A stretch of 64,000 nucleotides of DNA from assembly GCA_043228905.1 (NCBI GenBank), contig JBHGNT010000020.1:13144001-13208000 (forward strand), given 5' to 3'. The notes under the pieces are model-generated. The model did not search any database, was not told the origin of the DNA, and was given only the letters and a program-made list of their open reading frames with translations. The position numbers and the translations under genes were made by a program. The stretch's first letter is position 1. Every line of letters starts with the position of its first letter. Source of the stretch: Azolla caroliniana (taxonomy: Eukaryota; Plantae; Polypodiophyta). Below, piece by piece: positions 40,458 to 52,562 of the stretch.

Positions 40458-41689
40458 AGTATTTCATATCTTCTATGACGAATGGATAAAGATGGATATG
40501 CCGTCCACACCATCTTAACATATATAACATATATGAATGCATGTAGAAATATGCAATAAATAGGGTGTTTTTTACTCGCTACATCAATGCCAAATGTAGG
40601 AAAAGCTCTCAATTGAATGGAAAGATGCCATACAGACATACACATATATACATATATGTATATAAGTATGTGTATATATCTTAACACATTTAAGTGTATG
40701 AATAAAATACAGTAATACCCACAATAAACTCGAAAGGATCTTCTTGTTCTTCTCTCTTTGCTCTTTGGGTGCAGAGGATACCATCTCTGCACAAAGAGAG
40801 CTTTCATGGTGGGTGCTCTGTTTCTTTCGATATCTTTGTATCAAGAAAACTTAATAAAATGGTCTAATCATATTTCCGAAAATGATATATATATGGGTCT
40901 TGGATCAAAACTGTGACTCTCCTTGTCATATGCAAATATGCACATGTTTTTTTGAATTGCAGTCATAGTAGATGAAGATTAAGTACTCGTAATTAACCCT
41001 AATCCTGGCATTTGCGGTTACATACAATAACAATTTTCATTAATGAGAGATTCATTTTTTAATACTTGTGATATGATGTCTCATTAATAAACAATTAGCG
41101 ATGATTTACTACCCAAGTTGATACGAGCATTATCGTGACCATAGTTTGGGCAAATTCATAAGGAATGAAGGGTGATACACACACTTCATTCGTTATCCCA
41201 AATCACAATTTGGCACACCTCCATTGTTGTTTCCTAGGTGCCTAATGGTGACAAGCTAGAAATAATTGTTTTTACTAAATGTTAAATTTACAAGAGTTTT
41301 TGTATGAATTGAACTCTCCACGGGTGTCTCAAATATTCTATACAATCCATTAACCTCCTTTCACTTAAAGGATGCATCGAGAAGCTATGTGTATGTTCTC
41401 TTGACTTGATCCTTTCCCACTAAGTCAAAAAAACAATGTACAAACGTCCATCCCTCATTAAGTGCATTTACACACTGCAAAAGGTTTGATGATGATACTT
41501 GAGGTGTAGTCATTGTTGATGTACACCCATCCCAACATATCTTAGGTTCTATTTTAGCATTTCAATTGATAGGGATTGGGGGGGGGGGAGATAAGAAGAG
41601 CAAAGAGAGTATGCATGAAATACTTATTTAATTGAATGTATTATTATTCATTTGTTTTTCCAATTAAATTTATCTACATGGTTAGGTTT

Positions 41690-41852
41690 AAAATAATCGT
41701 GGTTCAATGGTTTTGGTTGGGTTTCGACTTTTTCCTAAATGGTTTGGTTAAAATGGCTTGGGAGTTCATAAACAGTCTGGTTCCGTTTTTGTTTTCTATA
41801 AATGGTTTGGTTTGAGTCAGTTCAAATTTAAGGCAAAGGAAATGAACCGGGC
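41690..41852. mobile_element. Degenerate GGTTC/AACC-rich MITE fragment
   Basis: Clustered GGTTT/GGTTC motifs resembling the subterminal repeats of the neighbouring MITEs; no TIR pair or TSD found. Confidence 0.4.
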
Positions 41853-42059
41853 CCATAGGTAGCACCCATATTGTAATGCATCTCATGCATGTTGTCCACG
41901 GTTTCTATCCAAAGCATGTCAATGTATCTCATTTTTGTAGTGCCACTAGAAGGGCCACCCGCCCGCAGACAAGAAGACCTAGGCAAGAAGAAAACACACA
42001 TGATTTTATGTAGGGAATCCATGGCTAAATGTAGTGAAGGAGATGCCTCACCCCCAAAC

Positions 42060-42446
42060 TAACAATTGGCAACAGTTCAGTTCAGTTTGAGAAGGTCAAA
42101 ACCGAACCATTTAAAATTTTCGAAACTTGAACCGAACCAAACCGATAAACCGAACTGTTAAAACCTTGGTTCGGTTTCGGTTTTCAACTTAGGTCAAAAT
42201 TTAAAATTCAAAATTTTCAAATTTTCAAATTTTCATTATTTTAAGTTTTCAAAATTTTTAAAGTGTTCCTAAAATGTAAGAATAAGGCCTGAAAACAAAA
42301 AGATTGTTTAAAAACAATTTAAAAGAAACAACACTTTTATAGTTTAAACCGTGGTTTCTAGCTGTTGAAACCGAACCGAACTATTAAAAAAACCCTGAAC
42401 CGAACCGAACCGAACCGTTTAAACCGTTGAGCATTGCCCATTGTTA
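42060..42446. mobile_element. hAT-type MITE (387 bp), ~105 bp upstream of the ATG at 42551
   Basis: TIR TAACAATTGGCAAC / ATTGCCCATTGTTA (12/14); perfect 8-bp TSD CCCCAAAC at 42052-42059 and 42447-42454; AACCG subterminal arrays and AT-rich core. Confidence 0.9.
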
Positions 42447-42550
42447 CCCCAAACCCTTGTACCATGCTCATTTTTTTATCATATAAGAAAAGCCATGGAA
42501 AGCAGGTCCTCAAAGAGAGTCCTAGAAGAAGGAGAGGAAGGGAAGAAACC

Positions 42551-45500
42551 ATGAAACAAGAGGATCAACCGCAGGTATATCCACCTCCACAATACTATTA
42601 TCATAAGCAACAACAGCAGCAGCAGCACGAGGAAGGCCCACACCAACACTATGGAACCTTCCCACAACAAGGCTACCCTGCTCCCACTCGCCCTCAATAC
42701 ACTCAACAACCACAACTACCTTCCTACCATGCTGTCCCAGGTATTAGCGTGTTATCATTTGCAATTTCTTTTCTCTTTCTTTTTATACCATCAATGTGCA
42801 TGTTGTATTTAATGTGTAATCTTGTGTATATATTGTTGGTTTATTGCATACAAGTATAGATAGATGTATCTATGTGCACTTCTTGATTGGTTACAACCTC
42901 ACATGTATGTATAGATAGATGTATCTATGTGCACTTCTTGATTGGTTACAACCTCACATGTATGTATAGATAGATGTATGCATAAATTTTGGTGATTGGT
43001 TACCACATGTATAGTGGATTTATATACTTGGTTACCACATAACACATATTGATATATGTATGCATATGTTTGTTGGTTGATTACCACACGCAGATGTAAC
43101 TAGATGTATGCATCTGTTAATTATTAATTGATCACCATGTAGCTAGATGTAGGCATATGTTAACTATTGTTTGATTATCATGTACGCATACAGAGAGGTG
43201 TGTACACATGTTTGTTCGTTGGTTACTGCACATATGTTGATTGTTGACAACGTACAGATGTATGCTCATGTTGATTGGTTACACCATACATGTGTAGATG
43301 TACGCACATGCTGATAGATTACAACATGTTGCTTGTTTTACCACATGCATCTAGGTGTATGCTCATGTTAATAGTATGCCACATGTATCTAGGTGTATGC
43401 TCATGTTGATTGGTCACCACATGTATCAAGATGTATGCCCATGTTTTATGTCAACGTGTTTAGGCTAGTGGTATCATGATGGCAGATATCTAGTGCACGG
43501 TATGCTTTTTTTGCATGCTGCTGTCCTTAATTTAGAGATTGAATGATGGCAATCTGCAAGAGATTTGGTTCAGATATATATGCATATATGAAATAGCTGG
43601 ATGATTGATATTTGGAATAGATGTTGTTTAGATACATATGCATGGTCGAGAGTTTTTGATGATGGAATGCACATCAAGAGATGTGAAGTATATTGAACGT
43701 AGATTTCTATTTTCTCTTCATAGAGTGGCTTATTTGAATATTTTGCAAATGGACCTTCATTGCCCTATTCTTATTTTTCTATATTATATCTAGATTAGGA
43801 CAACATATCATTATGTATAGTTATACCTTGCTATTCACAGTATGTCTCACTATGTGCTGTTATGTCATCTAGTATATCCCGTCTTGGAACCAAGCTCAGA
43901 AGACTATCCACCGCTACCATGTTGCGGATTTGGAATTGGCTGGTTTTTGTAAGTGATCAGAACTTTATCTTTCCGTTTATGTGAAAGTAACAAGGACGAA
44001 AGCAACGCAATATTTCATTTTGAACCTTCTCATGTTTTCAATTCCATATTTATTCATAAATGCCTTGCCTTGTATGTCCCATAAAGATTTCCATAATTGT
44101 CTGGTTTTTGTAAGTGATTAGAACTTTGACTTTCCTTTTATATAAAGGGGAAGAGGATGAAAGAAACATGATACTTACTTTCGAGCCTTGTTATATGTTC
44201 AATTCCACTTTATTCATGAATGCATTACCTTGTATTTTCAATGAAGGTGTCTATGATTCTCGTGTTGTACCACCTCAAATAAGAGCTATAAATATTATTG
44301 AGCATGAATTTTCATGTTTTTTGTCATATCCATCACTGGCATTCTAGACATTTTGACTAAGTTTCTATAACATAGCCAAAAATTCAGAGGGAGACAGTCA
44401 CCCTAGAGCAATAACAAACATTAACGTGGATTTATCCAAACTTGGCACGATGATATAGAAAATGTTAGCCAATTTAAAGTTTCCCACTTTGAAAGAAATA
44501 TTGACATAAAGTGAACTGTAAAAGCAAACTTTGTCCCTCCTAGTTTAGCTGACATTTTTCACTGTTGTCTGAATGCAGTCTAAGCCCCAATTTATTGTCC
44601 TCATTCAGATTCAGTTGATTTGTGGATTTCCATAAGAGTGTTCGACATTGTATTGCATGCTTGGCTCATGTGCCAACTATTAGTTATTGGAGTTAAAAGT
44701 AGATATGCAGTGGAGGATCTATGCACTATATCAGTTAGCGTTAGGAAAAATGTGAACACTAATTGGGTTTTCGGAGATTGTTGCTAGCATGATTGAAGCA
44801 TAGTATGAACCATACGTACCATACGTGCATTCGCATTCGCGAATGATTAAATCATTCGCGAAAGAAAAACACCCTCAAAGAATGATAAATATCATACTTT
44901 TGGATTAACTATTTATTATGAGGTAGATAAGCGTAAAAATGAAAAAAAAACAAAAAAAAACATTAAAAAAATGGGAAAAAAACAAAAAAAAAACACAAGA
45001 ATGTTAGGATAACATTCGCATTCGTTTTCCAACGTAGGAAAACGAATGTTATACTAGACGAACACGAATTTTACGTACTATGGATTGAAGTAAAACAAGG
45101 ATGGCTACTATTTCCCAGTCTATTCAGTTTTTATATAGAGGAGATATCTAATTACATTGAGAAATTGGGTGGTTTTCAAGCATGGTTAGCAAGGGTAGCC
45201 ATACTGATATTACTGTATGTCGATGACATCATGTTGATCTCTGATACTTTGGGTGGACTATAAAGGTTTCTAAATGCTTAAAGTCATTTTGTACAGATAA
45301 AGATTTGTCAGTAAACCTTCATAGTAGGTGATGGTGTATAACATCACTCAAACATGGGTAATGAGATCAGAATCGGAATGCTTGGGAGAGGAAAAGGTGG
45401 CATATATATGATCTTACACATATGGAAGGAGAATTCACATTGCCATGGTTCTTCCTACAGGTGGCTGCCTGTGCCCAATTTTCTTGTGAATATGCAGCCA

Positions 45501-48500
45501 TTGGTGCCATTGAAGGATAAAATGCACATATACAGTTCCAAGAACCACAAACTAAATTGTGGTTGTTTGATATACGTTTAAAGTCAACTCTTTTCTACGG
45601 AGTAGAGATTTGGGAACCAAGCTTTCATAGGACACATAACTGGACAGATTTGGTAAGACTTTAGTCTTGATGTTCCCTCTAATCCAGTCACTTCCTGCTG
45701 GAGGTCTTCTATGATTGTCACAAGCAACCAGACTTTGAACTTCGGGCATAGATTCCTCAACCATGGTAATCAGAGTAATATCTTTTATACTCCTTCCTTG
45801 CTACTAGTCCTGCCATTACACTAGAATCCCTTTAGAAACCACTGTGGATGCTAGCATTCTGCTGTTCCCTCTAATCCACTTACTTGCTGCTAGATGTCTT
45901 TTATGATTGTCACAAGCAACCAGACTTTTAACATGGGGCATAGATCCAACATCTCTTATATTGCTAATGTACTCAATGTTGTTGGGCTCGTGGTAGTGAT
46001 TCTTTATACACAGAGTGACTTGTTTAGGACTCCCTGCTGGAGGTCTTCTATGATTGTCATAAGCACGATAATCCTTGAGATAATTGGGGTAGAGATGGGA
46101 ACAACCCCAATAATGACTGAAGCACTATTCTGATGAATGCCTAGTATCCAATGAAATCTGGAAGCTCCCAAAGCAAAGGTACTCAAGACTTGCACTTCTG
46201 TCATCAAAACTGTTGGCAGAACATGGAAATAATCATTGTTGACATGTTGAAATGCTAGAACGGTTCAAATCATATGGCACAAATATAAATGCACTACCCC
46301 ACTTCCAATGTAGTTTGGATTCCCTGCTCTTGGACAGGACTGAAAGGAAAAAGAATAGAGTGATCTGAACTGATGTCGTTAAATTGGATAATGAAAGAAC
46401 ATGCTGGGAAGATGGCCTATTCTAAGGATGGCCTATTCTAAGGATCTCTTCTTATACATGCTGCAGGATGAATTTATCATTAGGCCATCTTATATGGATA
46501 CACATCTATCTCTATGCAATGTAGTATGATAGGGTAACTTAGGACCCCTTCACATCAGTTAGCACTTGATACAGGCAGATATGCATGCAAAAATCTACTG
46601 AAGAACAGATTTGCCAATTGTGACATTGTGATGTAGAATTTGGCCTTTGTGTCTTTTCTTATCAAGTTATGGGATTTGAACAAGGCTTTAGCCCATTCCC
46701 GTAGATAATAGATTAGGTAGATGAGTGATTCTCGTAACCATCTCGCTAAGTATCAAGGGATTGAGAGAGTAGTGATCAGACAAAAGTATAACCACAAAAC
46801 CTTATCAATGAAGCACCATCACAAATTTCTTTAACTCCAGAAGTTAATCAAGGGCTACACAAGTAGGGTCCTACTACAACATTTACAATTAGTTTTGTTT
46901 ATTTTGGTTCCTTCTCAAAAATGAGACAACATTTTAAGATATAGTTTCTCATTTATTCTCACATGTCATTTTAGCCCTGTAAATTTGGGAAGTTATTGAG
47001 GGCTGTTGGTTGTTCCCCAAGTTCATGTCTGGTCACTCATGCCAAAGTGAACCAGTTCAGCCATAAACCTGAGGATGCTGTACGCGTTGCTTGTGTGCTT
47101 CTTCCCCAATGGGTGGATGCTCGGTTGCTGACCTGCAAGACTGGGCTGACCAAGGCTCAGAGTTAAGTTTTTGCTACTTGGTTATCAGACTTGATCCTGG
47201 GTCTTTCAATCTGAGGTGTCACTACCTCTTCACTGGGTGCCTCAAACTTGATCTTGTGCCCTTTCCCATACTCTGATGCCCTTGACTTGGTCCTGGCCAT
47301 ACTTGATCATGCGTCCTTCTGTAATTGCCCATCCAGTCCTGCCTAGATCCTGTCCTATCTTTTCTCTTTTGTTGGTGATCTTTCTTTTGCAACATCCTCA
47401 GTTGCCTACAGTAGAAGTATATCAGTTGTTGCTCTGCTCATTTGATCACAAGGCTCTTTTGTGCCAGCGTCTGCCTTGTACACGACCCAACCATCCTCAG
47501 CTGTGTAAAGGAAAATTTAACTTGCATGCATACACTGAAAGAAAGATAAGAAAGGAAAGAAAGAAAGACTCATGCCCCAAAACTTGATACAAGACTCTAC
47601 ACATGACTCCATTCTATTATCTATATTTCATCAATGGCCAAAATACAGGTAAATATGTGTATACATTGTCATGCTCATCCCTAGCTGTTAAGTCAGGATG
47701 TTGCCATATAATGCTTACAATTTCGAACAGGCAACACAATTTGAATATTAGCTGTGAGGGAATCGAGGGAGACTGTGTTAAAGAGTGACCCCAGCTGATT
47801 GCATGTGGACTTGTAAGCAAGTGCCAGTTTCTCTGGTGACTCAAAATGTGTTGATGGTAGATGGCCATACAACTGAGTGTTGAAGTTACCATTAGATATG
47901 ATGATGATGAAGCACATATTTGTTTCAGGCGCTGACTTCAAAATGATAGTAAAAACTCGGGAAAGCATTGGTTGTGATCCTGATGAAATTACCTTTGGTC
48001 ATTTTTTAAATTAATTGTCATCAGCTATGATATTTGAGAGTAGACTACAAAGTGAGAATGGCACGTAACTGTAACAGACCCAACTATAAACAGTCAGGAG
48101 ATAATTACTGAAGCATCAAAGACAATAAATCCGTGCTTGTTCCTTGTTTACCTAAATGTCATCTTCCTCCTGCATCAAAAGTAACAATGAAAAATAATAA
48201 TGGCTTACATACTAATATTCATTGTTTAGCCTAAATGATGAGCGTTGACTCTATTAAGCTACATATTTGCTCTAATATTTGTTCGTAGTTAACCTAATCG
48301 CCATCTTCTAGCAGTCTTTAGCTTGGGCTTTGTGTTTTCAAGTCAACTGGTTAACGATAGCACATGGAATTTGTTTTGGGTATTCATGTAATGACTTCTG
48401 ATGTGACAGATTCATACTTGGGTTCTTTATTGCTTCTGTTCCGTGGTATGCTGGAGCCTTTCTACTTCTGTGTACGACTCCTGATCCTCGTGAACGTATT

Positions 48501-48693
48501 GGTCTTACCTGTTGTGCAATAGCTGTAAGTACTTCATTTTCATTCAGAAATTGAAATTTTCATATACAAACTTGAATTTCATAGAAAAACTTGCATTCTT
48601 TTTTTACTCTGAATATTTTGCTTATTCTTGATTTTTCAGGCAATTCTCTCCCTTATTGCAGCTATTGTCGGTGGTACGACTGCAGTCTTCTGA
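42551..48693 (+). CDS. Small Pro/Gln/Tyr-rich membrane protein of the plant '60S ribosomal protein L18a-like' family (not a true ribosomal protein), 144 aa
   Basis: Exons 42551-42740, 43873-43948, 48410-48524, 48640-48693 (GT-AG, in frame, 435 nt). Protein: MKQEDQPQVYPPPQY...HYGTF...PPLPCCGFGIGWFLFILGFFIASVPWYAGAFLLLC..DPRERIGLTCCAIAAILSLIAAIVGGTTAVF*. LPCCGxGIGWFLF, PWY and DxRE are the family motifs as I recall them. Confidence 0.9.
42854..43445. repeat. Intronic minisatellite (perfect 55-bp pair decaying into ~40-bp units)
   Basis: Units start at 42854, 42909, 42964; the core TTGATTGGTTAC(C)ACATGTA..GATGTATGC recurs in degenerate form to ~43445. Confidence 0.85.
44799..45082. mobile_element. 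hAT-type MITE, family B copy 2 (284 bp), intronic
   Basis: Perfect 8-bp TSD GATTGAAG at 44791-44798 and 45083-45090; TIR CATAGTA...TACTATG; colinear with 31954-32236. Confidence 0.93.
45150..45650 (+). mobile_element. Degenerate non-LTR retrotransposon RT fragment, intronic
   Basis: 45201-45320 translates ILILLYVDDIMLISDTLGGL*RFLNA/KSFCTDKDLSVNL: catalytic YxDD plus downstream LINE RT motifs, frameshifted. Confidence 0.7.
45673..46065. repeat. Three local copies of a ~35-70 bp unit
   Basis: CTGCTGGAGGTCTTCTATGATTGTCACAAGCAACCAGACTTT at ~45695-45736, with a diverged copy at ~45865-45932 and a partial copy at ~46032-46065. Confidence 0.7.
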
Positions 48694-51116
48694 ATGAATA
48701 CATATGTACCCACAATATGCTATGTAAAAAACATATTTTGCCAAGAGAGTGTGTCTAGATTGAGTATTTGTATATATGCCACTTAGTGAAGGGCGAAAAT
48801 CAGGTTGGTTTAGAATGGGAAGATGGATGAGACTAATAAGCAGGTGCATGCATTCCAATTTGTTCTTCAGTGGAATAGTTGATAAGAATATGGGTAGAAA
48901 TCCACCATTAGTGTCTGAGTTTGTGGATGTATATTGCATCTGAGTGAGCCGTACAACAAATATCTTTGGATTTTAAGCTGACCTTAAAGAAGATCCACCA
49001 TGAGTGCCAGATTTTGTGGATGTGTATTGCATCTTTGGATAAGCTGACTATACAGAAGTTCACCTCATGTTATTTAGGTTTGAAAGAGCATGTGAAGGTT
49101 CTGAGTAGTGTTCATTTTATTATGTGCCAAGTAAAAATTAGCAGAATATCTGAAGAAGATGCAGTTCAGTATGCTGTGTTTATTATTACTGAGTATTTTA
49201 AATTTAAAAAACTCCCATGTGTTCTACATGATGCTTAGCACTAGAAGTTGATGATGAAATGAAGTGTGCCTTCCTTGATATAACATCTATGTAATTAGAG
49301 CTAAATTTTGGTTAATGCTTCATGCTTTAAAATGGTACATTGTTATGATACTTCGATTATGTAGGAGCACTTTTGACATTGTTATGATACATTGTTATTT
49401 CTTTTATGCAGCTTTTGGAACTTTTTGGTTGTTTACCATGCTATTCTAAGAAGTCAATGCGAATGACTTTTTGGAATGTTAGTCATGTATTCAACAACAA
49501 ACTCCATGACACTTCATTTAGATGTTTGCTAAGAGAACCCCCTATAAACAGCTCAAGGAGTTGGATCAAAAAAATGGGTTTCTGCTTAATCAAGGAATAC
49601 TTAGTTAGGGCCCTTAATACTCAAACCATCTGAAAAGTACAATGAATTCTGTCTAATTGTGTAGTAGGCATAATTTTAGCTCAATCAAGAGACCAAAACC
49701 TCAAATTTCGTATCATGTTTGCTAATAGACGACATAACTATTTACTAATTATCATGCTTACTACTTGAAAGATTGATTTGAATTAATTGGATAATTGTAT
49801 ATATGTTTTTTGCATACTTTATGTAGAATAACATTCATCAATCATCATGAGAATGAGAGGAATAAATAGATCCTTAAACGTAGATTCTAATTTCTCACTC
49901 ATTACGTAGTATAATAAATGCACAGCAAATCTCAAACTACATAGTATTTCCATGGTTGTATCTAACCAATACTAATGACCATTAGATCACTATTGGCCAA
50001 CCTAACTAATCCTCATAGCAACCCTCATCATCATATCAAGTAGAGTTTAGATAACTTAGATATTGAGGTCTGTTACATTTGGAACATAAGAAATGGGTTC
50101 ATGTTTGTTATATCCACAAATAACCACAATGGGTATGTAAGTTGAATGAACCATTGATTTGGCAATAATTGTGATTGAGCTCTTTGGCATTTTATCCTTA
50201 AGGGGTTACCATTGTTCTGCTTTAGTCGTTTACCTTGCAAGGAAAGTGTGTGAATTGAAGGCGAGGATTAGATAAAGCTTGATTAATAATGATGTGATTG
50301 TCATTAGCTACACTAGTTACATTGCTATGCTACTAGAACATCTTTTCAAAATAAAAAGGGGTGGATTTGATCTTATCCTTGATATGATAAGTATTTTTAA
50401 TATTTTCTCCATTTTTTTATTAGAAAATTAGGCATAATAATCCTTAGACATCACGTGTATATGCCTATGTTTGCAAGAGATGTACATTAAAAGAATTTTA
50501 AATATATGAGTGGTTTATTCTCTTACAAACTATTATGTCCAAGGACCAAGATATGCATGAGGTGTGCACAAGGGGTAAAGTCTTCTTCAATACAATAAAA
50601 TTTGTGCACTCAAAAAAACGCGCTATGTTAGTATTGGGAATTTTCCAATGTGTTGATTTAACAACAAAAATGCAAAACATTGAAGGTATTCGCTATTTAG
50701 TTTAATGCATTCATAGAGAATGTTTTGAAAAGTCACGGTGCACCGATCAACTAGACACCGACATGCACAAACATATAAAATTGACAAGTTAATATAAGGA
50801 AACAAGTATGTATAAAGGAATGCATCATATTATGATTGGTTTGGAAGGCATGCATTGATATTACCACTTAGTGTTGTTTATACTCAAAGTAGAAAGGACA
50901 TTTAGAATCTATGATGTAAGCAAACCACTCTTCAAAATACTACACACATGTTTCATTATCTTATTGGTAGGTTTTGAGTAAGAGAGGGAGAAAGAGATGT
51001 AATAGACAAGCAAATAAGAAGTGGGTAAGGTTAATATAAGAGAGCTAAAATGGATGGAAAGTGTGAGGTTAGTATAGAAAGGCAAACTTCCAAGTGGGGA
51101 GTGGAGAGAGAGAAGT

Positions 51117-52562
51117 ATGGATGGCTATGGTGATACAAAGCTTTTGATCTCAGAAGAAAGACATGATGGTCTTACACAAGAGGGGAGGAATTACCCTATC
51201 TTTAGAGTGCCCTCTATCTTGAGAAACAATGCTCCACACATGTTCTCCCCTAGAGTTGTGCCCATGGGCCCCCTCCATGACCCCGAATTTAACACAATCT
51301 TTTCATCAACTATCGCTCCCAATCTTATCTCAACGTACGATGAAATGAACACCCTCAAGCACCTCGCGGAGCAAGCCATCTTCCATGAAAATCCATCCGC
51401 AAAGCGCGATTTCAAAGCATTCTTGAATGAAAACAAAGAATCCATGATCTCTCATAGCTATGGAATATTCCTTGACCCCGAATATGTAGAGACAAAGTTT
51501 GTCCCCCGACTCGCCTCCGATGCGTGCTTTGTCGCGGCCATCCTTAACTCGTTATTCCTAGAGAATTTACAGTTCCTAAAGAGTAGTATGAATGAAACCG
51601 ACCTCAGACTCCTAGAGCTCGCGAAATGTGCGCACACCGCGTCTTTTTTCCATCCTTTGTTCATTAAGAAAGTCTCTCGACCCGAGCAGAAGGCCATCCT
51701 AGAAGACATCGTGATGCTCGTCGAGAACCAAATCCCATTGGTCGCCGTCCGTTGTGTTGTCCGCATCGATTGCAAGTGTGGAAAGGATGAAGATGCGGAA
51801 CGCCTCATCGAGCTCTATGTTGCCTCCTTGGCCCATCGAATCTTGCCCTTTAGCAAGTCTAAGAAAAATGTGTTTGGAAGTTTAAGAGATGTCACTCTAG
51901 GGGGTGAACACCTCCTTGACATCATGTATTCAATTGTTTGTATGCATACTAATTATTTACATCTTGCCCATGATGACCATGAGTCTACTTATGACCCCCA
52001 TATTCGGGATATGCCCGGGGCAACTAGACTTTACATGAGTGGTGTGAGGTTTCACGGACATTGGGGTGGTTTGAATGAAATCACATTCAAGCGCGGACAA
52101 TTGTCCTTACCCAAAGTCCATGTTGGCGATGACACTGAAATGTATTTCCGAAACCTCATCGCCTATGAGAGTGGATTCAAGATGGATCGCCTTGAAATCA
52201 TCTCCTACCTTCATTTTATGGACTTCCTCATCGATTCTCCCAATGATGTCGAGTTATTGGTCGAGAACAAGATCATTACAGAGACAATCGGTAGCAATGA
52301 GAAGGTTGCGGAGATGTGGAACCGGCTTTGTAGGAATACAATGTGTGTGTTTTCGATCCAATACAAGGCCGTTGCCGAGGATTTGAAGAAGTATTGCAAG
52401 TCTCCTTTGAGGGTCATGTGGGCCGAGTTTTACCGTTCAAAGCTCTCGAGGCCATGGCTAGTCATTTCACTCCTTTCCGCCGCAGCTTTGCTCATTATGA
52501 CCTTCTTCATCTTGTGGTACACCATCTTGCTTTATCGACATGACACCAATTCCCGTGAATGA
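51117..52562 (+). CDS. DUF247 / UPF0481 family protein with C-terminal transmembrane helix, intronless, 481 aa
   Basis: Motifs IFRVP..LR......FSPRVVPMGPLH, DACF, DIVMLVENQIPL, HLLD, PGATRLYMSGVRF, LSLPKVHV.D.TE..FRNLIAYE, SYLHFMDFLIDSPNDVELL, and PW followed by a hydrophobic TM tail. Confidence 0.95.
   Translation: MDGYGDTKLLISEERHDGLTQEGRNYPIFRVPSILRNNAPHMFSPRVVPMGPLHDPEFNTIFSSTIAPNLISTYDEMNTLKHLAEQAIFHENPSAKRDFKAFLNENKESMISHSYGIFLDPEYVETKFVPRLASDACFVAAILNSLFLENLQFLKSSMNETDLRLLELAKCAHTASFFHPLFIKKVSRPEQKAILEDIVMLVENQIPLVAVRCVVRIDCKCGKDEDAERLIELYVASLAHRILPFSKSKKNVFGSLRDVTLGGEHLLDIMYSIVCMHTNYLHLAHDDHESTYDPHIRDMPGATRLYMSGVRFHGHWGGLNEITFKRGQLSLPKVHVGDDTEMYFRNLIAYESGFKMDRLEIISYLHFMDFLIDSPNDVELLVENKIITETIGSNEKVAEMWNRLCRNTMCVFSIQYKAVAEDLKKYCKSPLRVMWAEFYRSKLSRPWLVISLLSAAALLIMTFFILWYTILLYRHDTNSRE

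Noticed and set aside
42854-43445. CRISPR-like repeat array
   Set aside because: Eukaryotic intron; units are tandem and degenerate with no unique spacers or cas genes.
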